From the NCBI GenBank assembly GCA_963663965.2, contig CAXXFK010000032.1:32001-96000 (forward strand): a stretch of DNA of 64,000 bases, read 5' to 3'. Position 1 is the stretch's first letter. The number at the start of each line of letters is the position of its first letter. This document shows, piece after piece, positions 59,486 through 64,000 of the stretch. The notes under the pieces are model-generated. The model was not told the DNA's origin and did no database searches. It was given only the letters and a program-made list of their open reading frames with translations. The translations under genes were made by a program, and so were the position numbers. The DNA is from Sedimentisphaerales bacterium (GTDB lineage Bacteria; Planctomycetota; Phycisphaerae; Sedimentisphaerales; SM23-30).

Positions 59486-62035
59486 TTATTGATTTTGATC
59501 GTCGATCAAAATGACCCTGAATCCGGTCTCATCATTTTTCTCACCCGGTTTCTCCCGGCTGCGCTCTGCCGCTCGGCAATTCAGCGCTTTAGTTTTCCAG
59601 GAACCGCCCCGCACCACTCGATAATCCCCCTGCGATACGGCCGGAGGATCGACCACCAGTTCCTGTGTATCATATTTGTCCCGATACCCATCCAGACACC
59701 ACTCCCAGACACTGCCATGCATATCACAGACGCCCCACGCGTTAGGCTTCTTTCGCCCGCCTTTATCCAGGTACGGCCTGCTGTAATCCGCGAACTGACT
59801 CAACTGAACATCGTCATCCCCGCAGCTATACCGGGTCGAACTGCCGGCCCGGCACACATATTCCCATTGCGCTTCTGTCGGCAAACTATAAGATTTTCCT
59901 TCCATTTCGCTCAATTTCTGACAAAACTGCACCGCCTCCTTCCAACTGACATTATTGGCCGGATTTTTATCGCCCCGAAAATTGCTGTCGTTATACCCCA
60001 TCACCCGGCGAAACTGCTCCTGCGTCACTTCACATACCCCAATATAAAACCCCTTGCTCAGCCTGACTTTATGTTGAGGCCCCTCATCGGCATCTCGCCC
60101 CGGCTCATTATTCGGCGAACCCATCAGATAGTCTCCTCTGGGTATCCAGATCAATTCCATTCCAATCGAATTAACCGCCGTTTCTCCCGCCTGAGGCGAA
60201 GCGCTGTCAACAATCAACGCCTTTAAAGCCAACCCCTGGGCATGAGTGCCATCCAGCGCCAGCAATGTATCCAATGTGCTCAGCGCTTCGGAAACCTGAC
60301 CCGAATTAAAACTCCCCTGCGCCTGTTTCCACAGCGCCTCCTTATATTGCTCCTGCGAATACCGTTCTACCTCCGGAATAAGCGTCATCGCCTTGCCGTA
60401 ATTCTCCAACGCCTTCTGATAATCCTGACCTGAGTTACTGGCGTTATTTAAAAACCCTTGCAACGCCTTCCATTTATCCCCGCCATAAGTCTCCCATAGT
60501 TTCAAATCATATCCCTTCAACGCCTCTTCACAACTGTGCCTGGCATCCACCACCATTTCTTTTAATTGAGCCTGTTTTACGGCTATTCGCTCTTTAGCCA
60601 GACCCGGCAACTTCAAATATAACTTTTCAGCCTTGCTATATAGCTCTGCGGCTTTGACATAATCGCCTCCCATATTTTTAGCCTGCGCCATCAATTGGCC
60701 CGCCTCGGTCAATTCCCCAGCACATTCCGCCTTCACCTGATCCGACAGCGCCAGTAACATTGCCCTCTCAGCCTTACCCCGATTCAATTCCATAACATTC
60801 TGCAAGCGCACCATCTCAGGATCAGGCCCCGGCACGGGCTCCGGGAGTATTGGTTGAGTATCAGGAATATTATTTTCAGAACGATCCGGGCTCGCACTCG
60901 TAATGGGTTCTGTTGACTCTTGTTGACCGTCGTTTGCTCCCGGCTTCACATAATTCTCCGATGGAGAAATAACCAAGTTCTCCGATGAGGGTGTATGAAC
61001 TTCCTGATGAACGACTTCCTGATTACCTTGCTCTCCGGCAATAATACCATTCTGTTTTAATACCCAGAACGCCCCGGCAATCCCAACCAGCGCCAGAACA
61101 ATCAAAACAGCAGCCAACCGCCCCCCTTTACCTGCGTTAATACCACGTAATGCCTGCACTAACTCTTCTGAGTCATATCGCTCCTCCGGTTTATCGCGCA
61201 AACACTTCGCCACAATCTCATCCCAGCGCGGATTCAATCCGGCCACTTCCTTAGTCGGTGGATTCGCGATTCCGACCGGCCGGCGCCCCGTCAGCAACCG
61301 ATAGGCCATCACCCCAAATGAATAAATATCGCTGCGTTCATCCGCCGGCAAGCCATCATGCTGCTCCGGCGACATATAGTCATAAGTTCCCAGGATCCCC
61401 GACGATCCCGCGCTGGCTCCTCGTCCGCTGTCGATTGTCGGCTGCCCGTTCAAGGTATTCACCATCGTTGGCCGGCCATTCAGTGTTCGCTCCGGCCTCA
61501 ATGAATTGTGTATCTGAGACATAATAAAATCCGAGCCCACTGCCCGCGCCAGGCCAAAATCGGTCAGCTTCACCATCCCATCCCGCGTCAGCAGAATATT
61601 CGCCGGCTTGATATCCCGGTGTACCACGCCCCGTTTATGCGCATACGCCAGCGCTCCCGCGATCTGCACTAGCCACCGGTATGCCTGGTCCGGATCCAGC
61701 CGGCTGTGGCTCTTTTCTTTGATCATATCATGCAACGAACAGGACTCACCGGCCGGCCCCTCCACATAATCCATCACCAGGTAATAGATCCCTTCATGTT
61801 CGCCAATATGATGCACCCGGACAATATTCGGATGATCCAGTTCACTCATCACCCGTGCCTCATCGAAAAACCGATGCCGGAAATCCGGCCGCTTCGCCAG
61901 TTCGTCCGGCATGACTTTCAAGGCGTAGATCTTCTTATGATGGACATTCTCAGCCAGATAGACCTGCCCCATTCCTCCGGCGCCGATGGATTTCAATACC
62001 CGGTAATCACCAATACATTGTCCAATAAGTTCCAT
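59486..62035 (-). CDS. Second transmembrane Ser/Thr kinase with helical stalk and C-terminal FGE-sulfatase (SUMF1/CLec-fold) domain
   Basis: GAGGMGQVY, ALK, HRDIKPAN, DFG, GTYDYMSPE; TM LAAVLIVLALVGIAGAFWVL; NSIGMELIWIP, EGPQH.V, LPTEAQWEY.CRAG, DMHG.VWEW, RGGSW...GFRV. Confidence 0.92.
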   Translation of the reverse strand: MELIGQCIGDYRVLKSIGAGGMGQVYLAENVHHKKIYALKVMPDELAKRPDFRHRFFDEARVMSELDHPNIVRVHHIGEHEGIYYLVMDYVEGPAGESCSLHDMIKEKSHSRLDPDQAYRWLVQIAGALAYAHKRGVVHRDIKPANILLTRDGMVKLTDFGLARAVGSDFIMSQIHNSLRPERTLNGRPTMVNTLNGQPTIDSGRGASAGSSGILGTYDYMSPEQHDGLPADERSDIYSFGVMAYRLLTGRRPVGIANPPTKEVAGLNPRWDEIVAKCLRDKPEERYDSEELVQALRGINAGKGGRLAAVLIVLALVGIAGAFWVLKQNGIIAGEQGNQEVVHQEVHTPSSENLVISPSENYVKPGANDGQQESTEPITSASPDRSENNIPDTQPILPEPVPGPDPEMVRLQNVMELNRGKAERAMLLALSDQVKAECAGELTEAGQLMAQAKNMGGDYVKAAELYSKAEKLYLKLPGLAKERIAVKQAQLKEMVVDARHSCEEALKGYDLKLWETYGGDKWKALQGFLNNASNSGQDYQKALENYGKAMTLIPEVERYSQEQYKEALWKQAQGSFNSGQVSEALSTLDTLLALDGTHAQGLALKALIVDSASPQAGETAVNSIGMELIWIPRGDYLMGSPNNEPGRDADEGPQHKVRLSKGFYIGVCEVTQEQFRRVMGYNDSNFRGDKNPANNVSWKEAVQFCQKLSEMEGKSYSLPTEAQWEYVCRAGSSTRYSCGDDDVQLSQFADYSRPYLDKGGRKKPNAWGVCDMHGSVWEWCLDGYRDKYDTQELVVDPPAVSQGDYRVVRGGSWKTKALNCRAAERSREKPGEKNDETGFRVILIDDQNQ

Positions 62036-62145
62036 TATATACCTTTACTATTGAATTTTCCCGTTTGGCCGGGATATAAATACTTGACGAGTATATGTCA
62101 ACTTTCGAGCGATCAAGATGTTTCATACCCATCGGGTACCACCTG

Positions 62146-62982
62146 CTATTGGGTTTGATTAGCTTTCTGGTCTTTCTTGGGCTCCATATACATCTGATAG
62201 GCCAGGTTATAAACCATCTCCCTGTCCCCCACCCGTATCCGGTCTCCCGCCGCCAGCGGCATCAATTCAGCCGGATTCAACTTATATCCGTTCACCTCTA
62301 CACTCCCTTCACGACTCAGGGCTTCAAGATAGAAACAGCCGCGCGCGGTTACCAGCGCGGCATGAACCGGTAGAATACCATCCTGCTCAATCCGTAAAGC
62401 ACACCCGGCCTCACTGCCAATCAAGATCCGCCGATAGACGATCAGATACGATTCAGTCCCTGCCGGATCGTCTTCACCCAGAGTCGTCTTTCGTTCCAGG
62501 GCCAGACTCGAAACACCCGCCCGTCCGGCCGCCTGCCAGAGAAGATCACCGCCTGCTTCCAGTGCCTGCTCATAATCCTGCCATAAGACCGCATCACTAC
62601 AACTTGGATATAATCGCAGTGACATCTCAAATAAATTCGCCAAAATCATCTGGTTGCTTTCACTTCTTAAGATATTTCCTTCTCGTCCTGTCAGTCTGCC
62701 ATTAATTTCCAGACCGTTTTTGGCCTCGCCCGATTCGATCACCCGGGGTCCCTTATCCGTCAATTCAATCAGGCAATGCTGGCGTCCAATCTTCCCGGAT
62801 CGCCGATCGTTTTCTCCGCCTTGATCTGAGGGAAGACAGCGTATGATCATGTCACAGTCCCGATTTCGCCCCAGCGTCACGGTTTCAGCATTATATAGAA
62901 ATATCCGATTCAAGCCACAGGTGCCCGACATGGTCAGAGTCGCCTTCTTCTCATCCTTCTGCCATTGTAACTGATGTAACAC
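62146..62982 (-). CDS. Tandem FHA-like domain protein, possibly the C-terminal part of the 63003..63854 gene
   Basis: VTLGR...CD......IGRQH..I.......KNG..ING and ILIGS...C..........HA.L......YL.......VNG.......L..GDRIRVG. Confidence 0.72.
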   Translation of the reverse strand: MLHQLQWQKDEKKATLTMSGTCGLNRIFLYNAETVTLGRNRDCDMIIRCLPSDQGGENDRRSGKIGRQHCLIELTDKGPRVIESGEAKNGLEINGRLTGREGNILRSESNQMILANLFEMSLRLYPSCSDAVLWQDYEQALEAGGDLLWQAAGRAGVSSLALERKTTLGEDDPAGTESYLIVYRRILIGSEAGCALRIEQDGILPVHAALVTARGCFYLEALSREGSVEVNGYKLNPAELMPLAAGDRIRVGDREMVYNLAYQMYMEPKKDQKANQTQ

Positions 62983-63002
62983 CAGCCCGCGCCCCTTCTG
63001 AA

Positions 63003-63854
63003 CTACCGCCGCCGCGCCGGTCCATCCACCCAGACCGGATCAAATTGCAGCTTCAATAACTCAAAACTGGGACCCAGTCGCCTGTATTCACGTAAAAGCT
63101 CATCAAAATTCCGTACCTGGCCACGATCAACCAGCACCTGGATATTATTCTTGATCAGATTACTGTGGATATCCCCGCCACTGGCATTGCCGATATGCAC
63201 CATCTTGTCGATATCCATATTGATCGTATCGAGTTGCTGGTCTTTCTCGAATACCATGATCTGACCATCCGCCCAGAATGCCCTGGTCTGACCGTCTTTC
63301 ATCGCGATCACCCGGAACTCCACCAGCAGAAAACCCGAATCATCCGGCCGGACATGCAAAAGACCGGTTCCCGCTTCACAAGGCCGCAGACTGAAATTCT
63401 TGCACGCCACTCTCTCAAACAGCGGTCCCCCGACTTCCACTCGCACCCGTTCAAAAGGATCATTGGATAGATTCTCCACTTTGAATTCGATTACCCCCGC
63501 CTTCCCTTCCACGTACAACTGATTATAATTGATATACAGCGCCAACCCATCCGAATGAGACATGCCCATTCGAGCCAGGCATCCATCTCCGGCAGAATGA
63601 ACCTCAACAGACTTGCCATCGGCTATGGCCGGGTTTGTTGCCCTTGCCAGGCCATTTTCTTTATCATCATGATATTCAACCACCGGCGGTTGCCCTGACT
63701 CGGACAACGCCTCGCACCTCATCGCTTCGCAATCCGCCGGCGCAGACGTCGATCCTTTCGCTTCGACATTCCGCATCTTGAATCCGCAGAATTGACAAAA
63801 GTTATCTTCGGGATCAACCGGTTTTCCACATTGGGTACACTGATTCATAATCAT
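63003..63854 (-). CDS. Zinc-ribbon protein with Ig-like domain
   Basis: CTQCG......NFCQFCG at the N-terminus; beta-rich IEFKVEN......RVRVEV segment; AGGA SD. Confidence 0.72.
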   Translation of the reverse strand: MIMNQCTQCGKPVDPEDNFCQFCGFKMRNVEAKGSTSAPADCEAMRCEALSESGQPPVVEYHDDKENGLARATNPAIADGKSVEVHSAGDGCLARMGMSHSDGLALYINYNQLYVEGKAGVIEFKVENLSNDPFERVRVEVGGPLFERVACKNFSLRPCEAGTGLLHVRPDDSGFLLVEFRVIAMKDGQTRAFWADGQIMVFEKDQQLDTINMDIDKMVHIGNASGGDIHSNLIKNNIQVLVDRGQVRNFDELLREYRRLGPSFELLKLQFDPVWVDGPARRR

Positions 63855-64000
63855 TTTCCTTATATATCCTGTTTGGCCTCACTCACGATTCCATCAATCC
63901 AGAAAGATACTTCTGGATTTAGGTAATCTATAAAAGAACAGCTATCCTAAATCTCGCCATCACAATCGCTCAGCGCTTTAAGGCTTTGTTTCAGATGATC

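Noticed and set aside
51272..59700. Diversity-generating retroelement targeting the two FGE/CLec C-termini
   Set aside because: No reverse transcriptase, avd or template repeat differing only at adenines was found in the window, and the two 3' ends are not near-identical. A DGR acting in trans from elsewhere in the genome cannot be excluded.
51272..60180. Active formylglycine-generating enzymes
   Set aside because: Both domains lack the catalytic Cys pair after RGGS, so they are more likely non-catalytic binding domains.

Overview
Bacterial chromosomal window, most likely a Planctomycetota/Phycisphaerae (Sedimentisphaerales-like) genome. This is inferred from the paired dockerin-like C-termini, the prepilin/H-X9-DG protein, the PQQ-like propeller and the NRRNAQKSTG family. 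1-23.4 kb: three very large secreted proteins (PA14/CARDB/Ig-repeat protein, GH-A-like protein, GLUG/LamG protein), a PQQ-like propeller and a phosphomannomutase. 24.8-48.8 kb: mostly housekeeping genes (M3 peptidase, araA, clpB, AsmA-like, ispG, ribF, nrnA-like, rnhA, aminotransferase, rarA, glycosyltransferases). Many genes between 31.6 and 43.4 kb are broken by single-base indels in short homopolymers, probably long-read errors. Two ~1-1.3 kb intergenic regions hold REP-like palindromes and short-period repeats. The best candidate for an undescribed system is the co-oriented minus-strand cluster at 50.0-63.9 kb. It contains two paralogous transmembrane Ser/Thr kinases with FGE-sulfatase/CLec-fold ectodomains, a zinc-ribbon/tandem-FHA protein, a zinc-ribbon SPFH protein, an Xis-like HTH-zinc-finger regulator and three exported proteins (two CsgG/TolB_N-like, one lipoprotein). 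I recognised no rRNA, tRNA, CRISPR array, transposase or reverse transcriptase. All domain calls are from motif recognition by eye; no searches were run.
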